Shown here piece by piece: positions 1 to 13,400 of a stretch of DNA of 64,000 bases (its first letter is position 1; every line of letters starts with the position of its first letter). Made by a program: the position numbers and the translations under genes. The notes under the pieces were generated by a model that had not been told where the DNA came from, ran no database searches, and was given only the letters and a program-made list of their open reading frames with translations. The stretch is from positions 1-64,000 of the forward strand of contig RHPI01001855.1 of assembly GCA_009103225.1 (NCBI GenBank), in the 5' to 3' direction. Source of the stretch: Chlorokybus atmophyticus. Taxonomy: Eukaryota; Plantae; Mesostigma and Chlorokybus algae.

Positions 1-1078
1 GGGGGGGGGTTGGTAGCAAAAAATGTGAAAATGGGTGGGTGTTTGAGATTGACGAGATGAGCTCGGGGATGAGTTATAGGCTATGTCAAGGTTAGGTTGG
101 GGCCCGGCATACCACATGATAGGATGGTGAGGTAAACAATTACAATACTTTTTTAATCGTTTTACATAAAGATATACAAGCTTAATTTGATCGTGAAAAT
201 AGATTCAACCTAATCACATATTTAATTTGTTTTAAAGAAGTTGTTAATGAGCCACACTCTATTGTATTTCAACCACAATATTTAATTTTACTAGTAGTTA
301 AGCAAAATGATCTAATTGCCTTTAATCAATTTTGATCATGAATTTATTATAAGGTGACTTTAATATATTACCTTTAAATCAAAATTTCCATAGCGCTATC
401 ACATGGGATTGCGCTTCAGAAGACAATTCATATATATGACAGCCCGCTTTATTGGCTGCCATGTAAACGCGGGTACATGTGGGGGTGATGTTTGGTTTGT
501 TACCGTGACCTTGTCAATTGATGTTTTTAAATACATTAAAGTAGTATGCTTCTTAGCAGCCTTATTGTTAAACGAGGAGATATTGGAGCCGTTCCATAAT
601 TAATAGGCCTTAAGCAATTTGTTTATTCGCGCTAATACTAGTAGCACAATGTGCTAGTAGCGGCGACAGCAAAAGTGGTGCAAGCGCAACACTGGCAAGC
701 GCTTTTTCCTCCATATCCTTCCCTTACGTCGTAGATATAGCCGTACACTAGCCGTAATTAATTATCGTACATAACATGTTGCATTATATAATGTAATCCA
801 GCATTGGACCGGTAGCGTAAAGTTATATTATATTATTGATACGCTTAGCTTATACTCTGGCATGAATAGGTTCATTAATGTGGCTCACAAATCCGCTTTG
901 GGGTGGGCCAAGTATGTGACTACGTTACTGCTATAAAAATCAACGTAATAAGTTATGATAAGTTTATTTTAATACTATCAGAAAAACTATACACCAGCCT
1001 TACTCCCAACTTGCTTGGCCCTAGTCCAACCTCTACATAACCCCCATGTCATCCCCCTACCTGGAAGCCCCCCCCCCC

Positions 1079-1307
1079 NNNNNNNNNNNNNNNNNNNNNN
1101 NNNNNNNNNNNNNNNNNNNNNNNNNNNNNNNNNNNNNNNNNNNNNNNNNNNNNNNNNNNNNNNNNNNNNNNNNNNNNNNNNNNNNNNNNNNNNNNNNNNN
1201 NNNNNNNNNNNNNNNNNNNNNNNNNNNNNNNNNNNNNNNNNNNNNNNNNNNNNNNNNNNNNNNNNNNNNNNNNNNNNNNNNNNNNNNNNNNNNNNNNNNN
1301 NNNNNNN
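1079..1307. other. Assembly gap (N run) flanked by poly-C and (AT)n
   Basis: Run of N in the sequence; the ORFs that span it are artefacts. Confidence 0.99.
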
Positions 1308-1331
1308 ATATATATATATATATATATATAT
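1308..1331. repeat. (AT)n microsatellite
   Basis: Direct inspection. Confidence 0.95.
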
Positions 1332-1814
1332 GCATCTTACAATCCATTGTAACTTGGTATAAGCATCAGTAAGCCAATCTCTTAAAAGCTGCTCATAACA
1401 TTTTATGGGTTTGATTTCGTCCACAAAAGCCAACTCTTAATCTACATTCTTAGCATTAACACCAGCGATGTAGATTAATTGTAAATTCAGCAACATCGAA
1501 TGCTAATTGTTAATACTTTATTATACATATTATATAACATCACCATTGTAACTAATATGAGAATCTCTTTTGCTCTTTCGTTTTTGTGCGATTATCATAA
1601 TATCATAAAATGTTCATGAAAAGCGTTTTTAATTTGATAAATTAATTTTAATTACCACACCCGTCAAACCATGCATGTAATATAATTTATAATTATTAAG
1701 AGCATAAATGATTGTTACGGCAATCGCAATAAGTTGTGTAGCTGCGAGTAACAAAAAGCGGCAAAATGCAACAGATAGTATGCATGCAAGTAATGGTATT
1801 AAAACAGGGAGGGG

Positions 1815-1867
1815 CCTAACCCTAACCCTAACCCTAACCCTAACCCTAACCCTAACCCTAACCCTAN
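1815..1867 (+). repeat. Interstitial telomere-type repeat (CCCTAA)n, about 9 copies
   Basis: cctaa followed by 8 ccctaa units (the last contains an N), with non-repetitive DNA on both sides. Confidence 0.9.
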
Positions 1868-3740
1868 CTAGAAATGACAACTGATTAATATTGAGAGCAA
1901 AGACGAGGAGGCAAGCGGACGAGAAGATGAACTTACGCAGCAAAGCTATAGCTATGCTGTTACACTAGACTACAAGTCTATCAGCACGTTCAAGCTAGCA
2001 GCTGTTGCTGTTGTCGATCAACAACGGCAGCTTAATTGATTAAAACACATGAAGCACAACACTTAACTGGACCACAACGCCGTTTAGCTCGCACATACAT
2101 TACAACCCAAACTCACTTTTGTGGATTATTTTTCATTCCAACCTCTCATTATGACGACTACAAAAGTTAATCCATTAATGTTACAGTGAACAAGACATGT
2201 CATACCTTGTTACAATTTTAACAAGGATTGTGAAAAATACTTTTGGGTTGTAACGTATGTGTCTCCATGGTATATGAGTACAAACATACAGCGCATAGTC
2301 AATGTTATGTTCGTACGGTGACCCCACGAGTTTATTTTCGTATGAAGATTTTGCACTACAATAGTATCATAATGTCATATGTGACTTGCAGTTGTATATA
2401 CGTAATTATGTATATAAGAGAGCACCTTATGGAAAAACGGGGCGCAGTACAACCTAATTGCATATGCTCTTGTAAGATGCAAAAGATTGTTGTAACGAGC
2501 GGCATTGAAAGATTAACCGCGATTTTGTGACCGTGCAAGCATTCATAGCAAATTATACATGTGATAACGCAATTGTAATCCCCAAATAATAAGCTTAAAT
2601 GTTCAGAGGCACATGTTTTGAACATTGTACAATTCACACAACTGTTGAGGTGTGCTGCTATCTACACATAAATAATCCGGTTACACATTTCTTGCGTAGT
2701 ATGCACATCCATTGCTCGGGTAGAGGGAAGCACTAGCTTCACACACATATTATACAAGGTGTGATTGCATGGTTTTATGTTGCTGTATGATCAAAGCGAT
2801 TCCTCGGCTGTAGTTGCATGTAGCGTGTTGTGCAGATACGTGAGTTTTTGACTTTTGCAATTGCATTCCGGAGCGAACAGCATTCTCTTAGCAAGTATTA
2901 TTACTGTTTACCTGTGTCGAAGCTGATAGATTGCTGACTGCCGCGCATGTGTGAACTTTGGCATAACATGCCTGTCCTCAAGTTATGCGCGGCGGTTCTC
3001 GCGGGTTACGCTTACGTCACGACTGTCCCGCTCTACCACGTGCCTCTGTGGCGACGACGCAGAGTCCAATGACGCGCTGCACAGGTACGGTACCGCGCCC
3101 GCGACGCGGTTACGCGTTCTCTGGCCACTTCGAATGGGGCTGCGTTTCTACATCATGAGAATTATGACAGCAATGCCAGTACCCGCCTCAATACTCGTAC
3201 TGCATGCATCCAGCGGTACTGAGTGTCCCGCCCATGGCGTCACTGGCGATCGGTTTCATGAGTGTTTGCGTAGCGTTAGTATGACAGCGAAACTGGATGA
3301 ACGACAGCTTTTCATGCAGAGGCTAAAACTTACTCAGTCTCCCGGTAACCATGTCCGTATCATAACGCGCTTGATCTCGCGCTTGATCTCGCACTTGATC
3401 AATGGCGTACACGATCTCTAGGGCTGACATTGGACATTGAGTAAGCGCGTACGGCGCCATTTGGCGCGGAATTGCCACCTCCACCCTAGAAAGGCAATCA
3501 TTTGTCCATGCAAGGGGGTGTCGTCTCTAGCGCAGTGTCAGCGTCCGTGCACGCAGCAACCCAAAAAAGTACACGTGTCCGCGCTCGACCTCTCTGGGCC
3601 GCGCGGGAAGGCAGGGCCACGTAGGCCAGCCCGTATACGCGGTCCCGTTACACTTATAACGCGCGAGATTCATACTTTCAGTGGCCAGTGAGTGGAATGT
3701 GCTAGCGTTCTTGTGTGCAAAACAGGCGCGTGTATCTATT

Positions 3741-3817
3741 GCGGCGGCGGTAAAGGTGGTGGCGGCGGCGGCGGTGGTGGTGGTGGAGGAGGTCACGGCG
3801 GCGGTGAGGGAGGTGAG
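3741..3817 (+). repeat. (GGC/GGT)n trinucleotide tract upstream of dehydrogenase paralog 1
   Basis: Direct inspection; lies in a GC-rich upstream region. Confidence 0.7.
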
Positions 3818-4589
3818 AGCGTTGCGGCAGCTGCTGTGGCGGCGGCGCTGACCGCTACACAGTGTGAGGCGTAGGTGTGAAGCGGCCGTGCCTGAGTGGT
3901 CGCGACGTCACGCCTCTGAGGTGAGCACTCGTGCATGCCGGCGGGCACGCACTAGTGTTTCTTGCTCTGGGGTTTGAAATGCTTGCGGGCGCTGCATGAC
4001 AATGCCGGCGTTGTCCGTGCTGGTGTCGTCGGTGGTATTGACGCTCATCTTCGTTGTCGCTGTTAGCTTGGTGTTGTGTCACAGCAATAGTAACAGCAGC
4101 GCTTTTGACCAGTTTTGGCGTGTCCCACTTATCCTTGTGGTCTTCTGGCAGCAGTTGCTAGCAGTACTCTTGCCAAAGTTGCCTGTGCCGCTGCAGAACA
4201 ACCCGTGTGCATATGCAACATGGCTTTCAAATTAAATGACAAACACTCACAGTGTCCCACCCTGGTTGACAGTGGCAAACCTACCTGTATAACATGCATT
4301 CATGAATGAAGTTGACTTTTGCAGGTGTATACATTTGAGAGGAGGGTGACTGGCTGCACTTGGTGCCACTGCGTGTGCTTATTGCGCATGGCCTGACAAG
4401 AAATTTTAAGGCCTCTTGCCCCAGCGGCCATTCCAGCTTAGCAGGCAAGCGATATCCACATGCCACATCAGACTGTCAATTTCAAAATTGCACCATACTC
4501 GTTGCACCCTGCCAATCTCACCCTTTGCTAATTGTTTTGCGACTCTTCAGCTCTGCCTCTCTCCTATTAAGGAGCGCCTTTCCTCAGCC

Positions 4590-7500
4590 ATGCAGTCCGC
4601 ATGGGTTGCGGCCGCGGCGGCTTGTCTGCTGCAGCTGCTGGTACTCGTCTCCGTGGCTCGTGCTCAGCCCTACACGCGTGTCGCTGGGTTCCAGCTGGAC
4701 CAGATGCCGCCGTACATCCCCGGCCCCATCAATGTCAAGTTCCCCGGTGATGGCAAGATCATTGTGGGACAGAAACAGGTAATGATTGTGCGTGTCACGC
4801 AGCGGTGTTGAGCTGTCATGGAGTTTAGCTTGCTGGACATGCATGTGTTGAGGTGCACTTGCTAGCGTCATGCAGTGTTGCCATGAAATGCAGTGTAGGA
4901 GGCTATGCTACGCATGCATGTTATTGATGTAGTGGAATGTTGCCTACTGCAGGGAACAGTAGTGGTGTTGGACTCCTGGACATCTGCCCCCTACACGCTG
5001 CTCGACTTCCAGCCACAGGTCAATGTTGTGAACGATCGTGGGCTTCTCGGGCTTGCTTTGGACCCCAAGTTCTTGTCGGGAAGACCCTACCTCTATGCCT
5101 TTTACACCTACGACCCAAGTAAGCATGCACAGCGCTGCATGACTGCAACTGTCGGTATGTCATCGTTTCTCAATTTGGCTGACACAGTGTTGCTGCCACT
5201 ACCAGCCAGGACGCACATGAGCCAGTGTCCTCCAGACGGCTCCTGCGCCTCATATGGTCGGCTGTCGCGGTGGCGCTTGAACATAGGCGCAAAGTATTCT
5301 CTAGCTTCAGGTGAACAAGTGATAATCGGCGGAGAGCAGATGTGTCATGAGTGGGGCTCTCACTCTGCTGGCGCCATCCACTTCGACCAGTATGGAGGAC
5401 TCCTTGTACCCAATGGTACGTGTATACATGTCTCACGCAAACTACTCGTAGCTGAGTATCTTTGTACTCTTGCTTAGTAGTTGTGTTTGCCAACAAATAG
5501 GTGATGGGTCTGCATGGTGGACGTCCGATTATGGCATGGTAGGCCCAGCCGGCTTCACCAACCCGTGCAAAGACCCCCCCAGTCAGAACCTGGTTGTGCC
5601 CACATCACAGGGAGGCTCCCTCAGATCCCAATCATATCGCTTCCGTAAGTATCTGTTCATGCAGAAGCTGCCCAAAGCACTAACTGGTCGTATGGTGGAC
5701 TCACACCTTTCCCATACCTCAGGTGGTTCCAACCCATCGCTCGATGGCTGCGTGCTTCGCATCAACCCCGACACCGGCAACGGCATGCCTGAGAACCCAC
5801 TGTTCAGTTCAGCCAGCCCGGGCAGTGGCAGGAGCCAACTCCTCGCATGCGGGCTTCGCAATCCCTATCGCTCTGCGTTGCGGCCGGGCACAAACGAGCT
5901 GTGGCTTGGAGATGTGGGCCAGGATACTTGGGAGGAAATAAATGTCATCAAGGACATCCGTGACCGCAAGGTTTATAGCTGCAGTCACTATTACAATTGT
6001 TGCCATCCCTCTTTCTGTACACAGTCAGGATTGGGAATATGTCTTGTGTAGTTTCTCATGTTGTGTCCCAACATTGCAGATGCGCAACTTTGGATGGCCG
6101 TGTTTTGAGGGAACTCCTCAGCAGCCTGCTTTCAGCCAGTTTGACGTGTGCAAATCGTACTACCCAAACCCGAGCTCGTACGTGCCGCCTCTCTACTCGT
6201 ACAGGCATGGAACTGCTCCCAACCCGAGCGGCATCACGAGCCCGTTCTCGGGTTCAGTCTCAGGCATGGCCTTCTACAGTGGCACCACATACCCAACGCA
6301 GTACCGCGGAGCACTCTTCTTTGGTAAGTAACAGCAGTGCTGGGAGTAGGTGAACATGTTGAAACATAGATTGGTGGCATGGTTGGTTCTGGTTGCCAAG
6401 TCCATGTGTGTTGACGGAAGTGGTTTACACCCAACTGCAGGTGACTATTCTCAGCAAGGTATATGGGCCATGCTGCCCACTAATGGCGTACCTGACCCTG
6501 CGAAGATCGTGACCATTGTCGATCAGGTACTTGTTGTGCACTCTACTGCACACCTTGACGCATATCTTCCTATGCACACATGACTGAGATGTTGTCATGC
6601 TTGGCAGACTCGCGTTGCATCCATCGAGTCCGGCCCCAACAATGACCTGTACATTGTGGACTACGGTCGCAACTATATCTACCGCCTGCGCTACGTGTCC
6701 AACGCGCCATCAGCCGCCCTCACGTGCACGCCCACATCGGGCAACGCACCATTGAAGGTCACTTGCAACGCCGGCGGTTCCAAAGCAGGAGCGGCGGGTG
6801 GAGCTTTGTCCTATAGTTGGGATCTCAATGGTGATGGGACCTTTGGCGATAGCGCAGCTGTGGCAACCGCATCCACAACATTGGGGTGAGTTGTGTGACT
6901 AGAAAAAAGTTATGTAATTATTAGTAAAGAGCTAATCTTCTCTTGCAAATGTCTACAGACAAGGCACGCACAAGGTGACAGTTCGCGTCACTGGCACGGG
7001 CGGGACGTCCACAGCATCTGTCACAATCACTGTGGTGGCTAGTCCGGAAGACGTGCCCTATGCAGTGATCACCTCACCCACGGCGACGTTCAAATGGGAC
7101 GTTGGCATGACGGTGAACTACGCCGGCAGGAGCACCGTGGCGGGATCCACTCTCAAGTGGGACGCCTTTCTGCGGCATTGCCCTGTTGGACTCAACTCTT
7201 GCCACTCGCACGACATCATGCGGGTACGCTCACTGAGAGACAGAGTCTATGCGAATGCATTGACCTGTTATTGTTTTGCCCCAACCACTCACCCGCTATG
7301 CACTATCTGCAGGGTGTTGGCGGCGCATCTGGCAGCTTTATCGCTCCCCAGCATGAGATGGACACGTACATCATCGTCACGTTGACGGTCTCAAAGAATG
7401 GCATTACCAACTCCAAGTCTGTGAATATCTATCCCAATGTCGTGGACATCACCATCGACTCCAGCCCGCGGGGCATCAGCATCACATTTGGCTCGCTGAC

Positions 7501-8534
7501 TGAGCCCACGCCATTTGTAGTAAAGGTACACCCACCCACCCACCCACACGCACGCAGAGCTTATGCACACCAAGTATATCTTTGCTGCTTAAGACTTGCT
7601 ATAGTCCTGTGTGCTTGGAGGGGTCCAAGGAGATGACCAAGTGATGTTGTTTTGGGCAGGCTGTTGTTGGTGGTACACTGTCATTGATCGCTCCTGGCAC
7701 TTCCGGCAACCACAAGTTCAGCAAGTGGTCTGATAATGGCGGGCTTGGCCATTCAGTCAAGATTGGCACGACAAACGCCGCTTACACAGCCACCTACACA
7801 ACAGTTGCTGGTGAGTTGTGGTCTCCATGCGTCTGCAAGGGCGTTGTCTGCACCTATCAATTTGAATAGCCCTTTCAATCAGTTGTGTGCATCATAGTAA
7901 TGTGTACTGTACTTTTAGGGCCACCACCTTCATCCGGAGGTGCGATGAAGTATGCCGTCAACTGTGGCAAAGAGTCCGCTGGTGGCTTCACCGATACAGC
8001 AGGCTTTGCATGGTCTTCTGAGACGACTGCTGCCCAGCAGCACTACACGGGGTTTTCTGAAAGCAATGAGTATCTTGGCATCAATCGGCCTATGGCCAAC
8101 GTTGACCGTGGGCGACAGCAACTCATGTTCACAGAACGCTTTGGAGAGGTAAGTAACGAGAGATGCAGATGATATATCTCATGCATGCCAATTCACGTAT
8201 ATGCACTTGTGCACACATTGGTGACTGAATGTTTGGGTTTCTTGTCTGGCAGGCCTTCTCATACGACTTCCCAGTGACTAATGGAGGCTATTTTGTGACG
8301 ATGTATTTCACTGAAACGTATTGGACAGCTGCGGGCAAGCGCTCGTTCGATGTGTCCATAGAGGGCGTGAAGGTCCTCTCCAAGTTTGACACATACGCTG
8401 CTGCTGGTGCGAAGGACACGGCTGTCAAGCGGCAGTTCTCCACAAAAGTCTCAGACGGAAAGTTGACAGTCGCCTTCAATGCGTATGTGGACAAAGCACA
8501 CGTCAACGGCATTATGATTCAAGTGCTTCAGTAA
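4590..8534 (+). CDS. Secreted PQQ-dependent glucose/sorbosone dehydrogenase-like protein with PKD and C-terminal malectin domains, paralog 1 (13 exons, 901 aa)
   Basis: Exons 4590-4778, 4953-5118, 5206-5415, 5501-5644, 5723-5970, 6080-6323, 6441-6526, 6608-6885, 6959-7223, 7313-7525, 7660-7810, 7919-8148, 8253-8534 join in frame (2706 nt), all introns GT-AG. Signal peptide MQSAWVAAAAACLLQLLVLVSVARAQ. GSDH motifs DRGLLGLALDPKF, GLRNPYR, GDVGQDTWEEIN, NFGWPCFEG. PKD motif YSWDLNGDGTF. Malectin motifs AVNCG and YFTETYW...KRSFDVSIEG. Confidence 0.9.
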
Positions 8535-10406
8535 CGCACAGCTGGAGGTGCACTACATGCGTGCACGCAGCATGCACGCTGCATCATTCAATAAAAGGAT
8601 GGGGAAATAGGCACACGACTCGGCCTGTACCACCTTTGCTAGGATTGTGAATTGGCTTTGAGCAGTGCTTCTGTTTTGTAGATAGGGAGTTAGGGTTTTT
8701 GGTATTCTCGCGGACCGAAGAAGCCGAGAGAGGCTTGCGCGTCTCATCGCTGTGTATCAAGAGCGAACTTAAGGAGTAGACTTAAACTCTTGTGTATAAG
8801 CCTGTTTTGTGCACTTGTTTCAGTTCTCATGCTGTATGTGCGTGCATGTGCTTTTGTAACAGCATCTTGACATTGCTGCATCCTTCTCTCATAACGTGAC
8901 AGTGTTCAGCAATAATGCTGCAGACTGTGAAGTTGTGTTCGGTGCTATTTTGGTAAGCACAGTAGGTTGCTAACCATGTTCAACCAGGCTAAGTGCATGC
9001 ACACATGTTGTAATGTTTTTACCTGCGCAAGCCTTTTGCACGCATAAGATGTAATCTATAAGCGCATTAGCTCAAAGCAAGCAACAGAGCAGATGCTACG
9101 ACCGGACTTGACCCAGCGGTACATTGTGGAACGCTGCGAAAATACTTTCCAACACCGAAGTTGGCCTGGTACGATGCTACAGCCTGCAGCGGCCACCTGC
9201 TCGGAATATGCAAGTTGGACTTGAAGTCTGTAAAGCAGGCTGCTGCATCCCAATGATGTGCAACCATTGACAGGTAAACGCTTGCGTGTCTCGTAGTAGA
9301 GGTTGTTAAACGCCAAACAACATGCCAAACACACTGTGTGCACCCGTGCGCACACAGCAGTGTGTGCACACACGCGTCTGCACGCACTCTTACGTGCGGG
9401 CGCAGACGCATGCAGCAAGCTGCCGCATAAACGCCGTCATTGTGCCAAGGTGTCTTCAGCAATCGACTCTGAGGCTTAGGCTGTGGTGCTGGCTGCCACT
9501 CCATGAACGATGATTCCATATATAACCACTCCCGGTGGCGGCCACGGTGGGGGGAGCTGCATACTTGAACCCCAGGACAGTGGTTGATTGCGCTGTGCCA
9601 CAGCCTCAATCCGATGCGGCTGTGCTTACGGCTTGCAATGCACTAGCGGTGTATCTGTGGCCCCGGGGCCTGTCATGATTACAGAAGACTTGCATATTGT
9701 AGTTGAATGCCATGATGCAAGGGGAACACTACCATCGCAAAGCACTTGCGTGGAGCATCAGCCCCTTGCGTGTTGGTGCAAGCTCCACCTTTGCAGCTAT
9801 TGGCACCAACATCTCTCATGAGCTGCGTGTGCGGGGTGAGCTGCCCAATGTCTGACGTGCAAGTTGCTGCTGTGTTGCACACTGGTTGGAAGGCTGCTAT
9901 GTCACTGCAGCCACCACATGCTAGCACGTCATGTAACAGAGTGTGAACATGGTTGACGTTGTGGGCAGATGCCCACAGAGCAGCATTCGTCTCAGCGGCA
10001 CTGGCGCGCATGAGTGTTGATGGCATGGTGCATAGTGTTGACAAAGTGTAGCCCAATGACTGCTAATGTAAGCATATTAGCTGTATGGAAATAAAGCGTG
10101 CTGTACAAAGTGGGCACGATTGACCCTGCACACACACGCACACAGGAATGCGCACAACCATGGTCCACTCAATGGTGTACAACGCAACGCAAGGTAGTAC
10201 CTACTTGCAATTGTACTGCATTCGATAATCGTGTTAAAGTTAAGCTGCCTATTTAACTACAAAACTGAGCACCGCCCAAACTGCTCGCAACCACATGTCA
10301 GAGGGTTGGTGCTGTTGTGTGTGTTGCTCACAAACACTGCTAACCCCTCGCTGAAATAAAGCCCATACACTGCGCAGCGCACTTCCAGCTAAACTACTCT
10401 ACTTTA

Positions 10407-13400
10407 TCACAGGAGCACTTGCACCATGATGCCGTTGATGTGCGCTTTATCCACATACGCCTTGAAGTAAATTGTCAGCTTGCCATCTCTAACCGTCGTA
10501 GGAAACTGTCGCTTGACTGCAATATCCTTCCCGTGTGCAACTGCAAAACGTTCAACAATAGGTCAACATGTGTATGTGTGGCTGCAAGAAGTGACAACCT
10601 TCTCCATATGCTGCTGACTGTGCAGATGACTGTGCAGACTTGTGTAATGGCTCACCGGCGAATGTGTCGAATCTGGAGAGGACCTTCCTGCCCTCTATCG
10701 ACACATCAAACGAGCGCTTGCCCGCGGATGTCCAGTACGTCTCCGCAAAATACAATGTCACAAAGTAACCTCCATTCCTCACTGGAAAGTTGTAAGAGAA
10801 GCCTTGCTATAATATAAGAAAAGCACAGAGTAAGTCACACCACAAAGGACTTTCAGAGATGATTGGCATGGAACAACAAGCCCAACAACAACACAATTTC
10901 TACTCCTCCCACTGACCTCTCCAAAGCGTTCTGTAAACAACAGTTGCGTCCGTCCGCGGTCTACGTTCTTCATGGGACCATTGATGCCAACATACTCGTT
11001 GCTCTCGGTGAGTCCCGTGTAGTACTTGCGGGTCGCCTCGGAAGCCCATGTGTAACCCACAGCGTCTTTGAAACCGCCGCCGGTCTCCTTACCGCAGTTG
11101 ATAGCGTATCTCACCGCACCTCCTGATGCGGGTGGTGGCCCTGCCGACATAAAACAACTACTTTGGCATCTCACCCAACATGTGTCACACACACACACAA
11201 CGCTGTGTCCTCGAACAACAACAACATGACATGTTGTCCTCAAAAGTTACTTGCGTCAAGTTGCTTGTCACTTACCGGGAGTTGCCCTGTAGAAGGCTTT
11301 GTAAGCAGCGTTCCTGGTGCCTATCTTGATGGAATGGCCGAGCCCGCCATTGTCGGACCACTTGGTGAACTTGTTGTTGCCAGAAGTGCCGGGAGCAATC
11401 AGCGACAATGTGCCACCAACCACAGCCTGCACAAGACACTGTCAGTTTAAACCTTAAGGCTCCATGCTGTGTGGGTGTGTGCGTGTGTGCGCACGCGCGT
11501 GCCCGGGTATGTATGCTCACCTTTGCGACATAGGGTGTGCGCTTGGTGAGCGATCCCAATGTAATGCTGATGCCCCGCGGGCTGGAGTCAACGGTGATGT
11601 CCACGACGTTGGGATAGATGTTGACGGACTTGGAGTTGGTGATGCCATTCTTCGAGACCGTCAGCGTAATGATGATGTACGTATCCATCTCGTGCTGGGG
11701 AGCAATGAACCTGCCAGACGCGCCGCCAACACCCTGCATGTAATAAGAGTGAGCCATACGCCAACACACGCATGCACAAGAACAAAGATACGCACTCACA
11801 CGCTCGCACACGCGCTCACCAAGCAGTAGCGCGCACGTGTGTATGAGTATGCGTGCGTGTGCGTGCGTATGCACGCACACGCACGCATACTCATACACTC
11901 GCACACGCACGCATACTCATACACACGTGCGCGCTACTGCTTGGTGAGCTTACCCGAATGATGTCGTGCGAGTGGCAGGAGTTGAGTCCAACAGGGCAAT
12001 GCCGCACATAAGCGTCCCATCTCATCGTCGACCCTGCGACGGTGCTCCTGCCAGCGTAGTGCACCGCCATGCCGACATTCCACTTGAGCGTCGCCGTGGG
12101 TGAAGTGATCACTGCCTTGGGGACATCCTCTGGTCTACCCACAACTCTAATTGTGACTGAAGCAGAGGACGTCCCACCATTGCCAGAAACTCGGACACTC
12201 ACTCTGTGCGTGCCTTGCCTGTAGCCAATCACAAGAGATGTCAACTCTCAACAAGCAGTGAGCACAACTTCTTTGAAACACACACACAATGCTTACCCGA
12301 GTGTTGTGGATGCGGTTCTGGCTGCGCTGTCTCCAAACCTCCCATCCCCGTTGATATCCCAACTATACCCCAACCCTCCCCCCGCCGCTCCCGGTCTCGA
12401 CCCACCCGCATCACAGCTCACCCTCAATGGTGCGTTGCCCGACGTGGGCGTGCACGTGAGGGCGGCGGTGGGTGTGTCAGACACGAAGCGCAGGCGGAAG
12501 ATGTAGTTGCGCTCGTAGTCGACGATGTAGAGGTCACCGTTGGGACCGGACTCGATGGAGGCGACGCGGGTCTGTGCAGTGATGTCTCAATCATGTGTGC
12601 CAATGTGGAGGTGTGGGGGAAAGTGGTAATGTACCTGGTCGACGATGGTCACGATCTTTTTGGGGTCAGGTTGGCCTGTCGTAAGCAGCATGGCCCATAT
12701 GCCTTGTTGGGCAAAATCACCTGCACAGTTGCACATATTTGTTACAACCTGAACTCGGCAACAGCTCATCACACAACAGAAGGCACCATTCACAATACCC
12801 TTGCAACTACTTACCAAAGAACAATGCTCCGTGATATTGCGTTGGGTATGAGTTGCCAGTGTAGAATGCTACACCGGAAATTGAACCCGAGGACGGGGTT
12901 GTAATGCCGTTTGCGTTGGGAGCATGGCCGTGCCAGTATGAGTAGAAAGGTGGCACGTACGAGGTTGGGTTTCTATAATACGACGAACACGCATCGAACT
13001 GGGTCCAAGCAGGCTGCTGCGGCGGACCCTCAAAACACGGCCACCCAAAGTTGCGCATCTGCAATATGTTGCAACAACATAACAACTTTGTTCAGAGGAT
13101 GATGTCACATGCTACTCCTGATTGTGATGTACAGCTAAAGGCATGGAGCGTACTGTACTATAATTAACGACTTCATACCTTGCGATCACGGATGTCCCTG
13201 ATGACATTGAGTTCCTCCCACGCATCCTGTCCCACATCCCCAATCCACAACTCATTCGTGCGCGGCCGCAGCACCGAGCGATAGGGATTGCGCAAACCGC
13301 ACGCGAGGAGTCGGCTCCGACCACTGCCAGGGCTGGCAGAGCTGTAGAGTGGGTTCTCGGGCATGCCGTTGCCGGTGTCGGGGTTGATGCGCAGCACGCA

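Noticed and set aside
987-1433. ORFs spanning the first N gap and the telomeric tract (also 1629-1943)
   Set aside because: Artefacts of N runs and simple repeats
3692-3874. Short Cys/Gly-rich ORF (MECASVLVCKTGACIYCGGG...)
   Set aside because: Starts at GTG and is mostly a GGC/GGT repeat; no recognisable family
9561-9680. Loose resemblance to U1 snRNA (ATACTT start, TGCACT, TGTGG..GGGGCCTG)
   Set aside because: Lacks the invariant ATACTTACCTG and a proper Sm site; spacing does not fit
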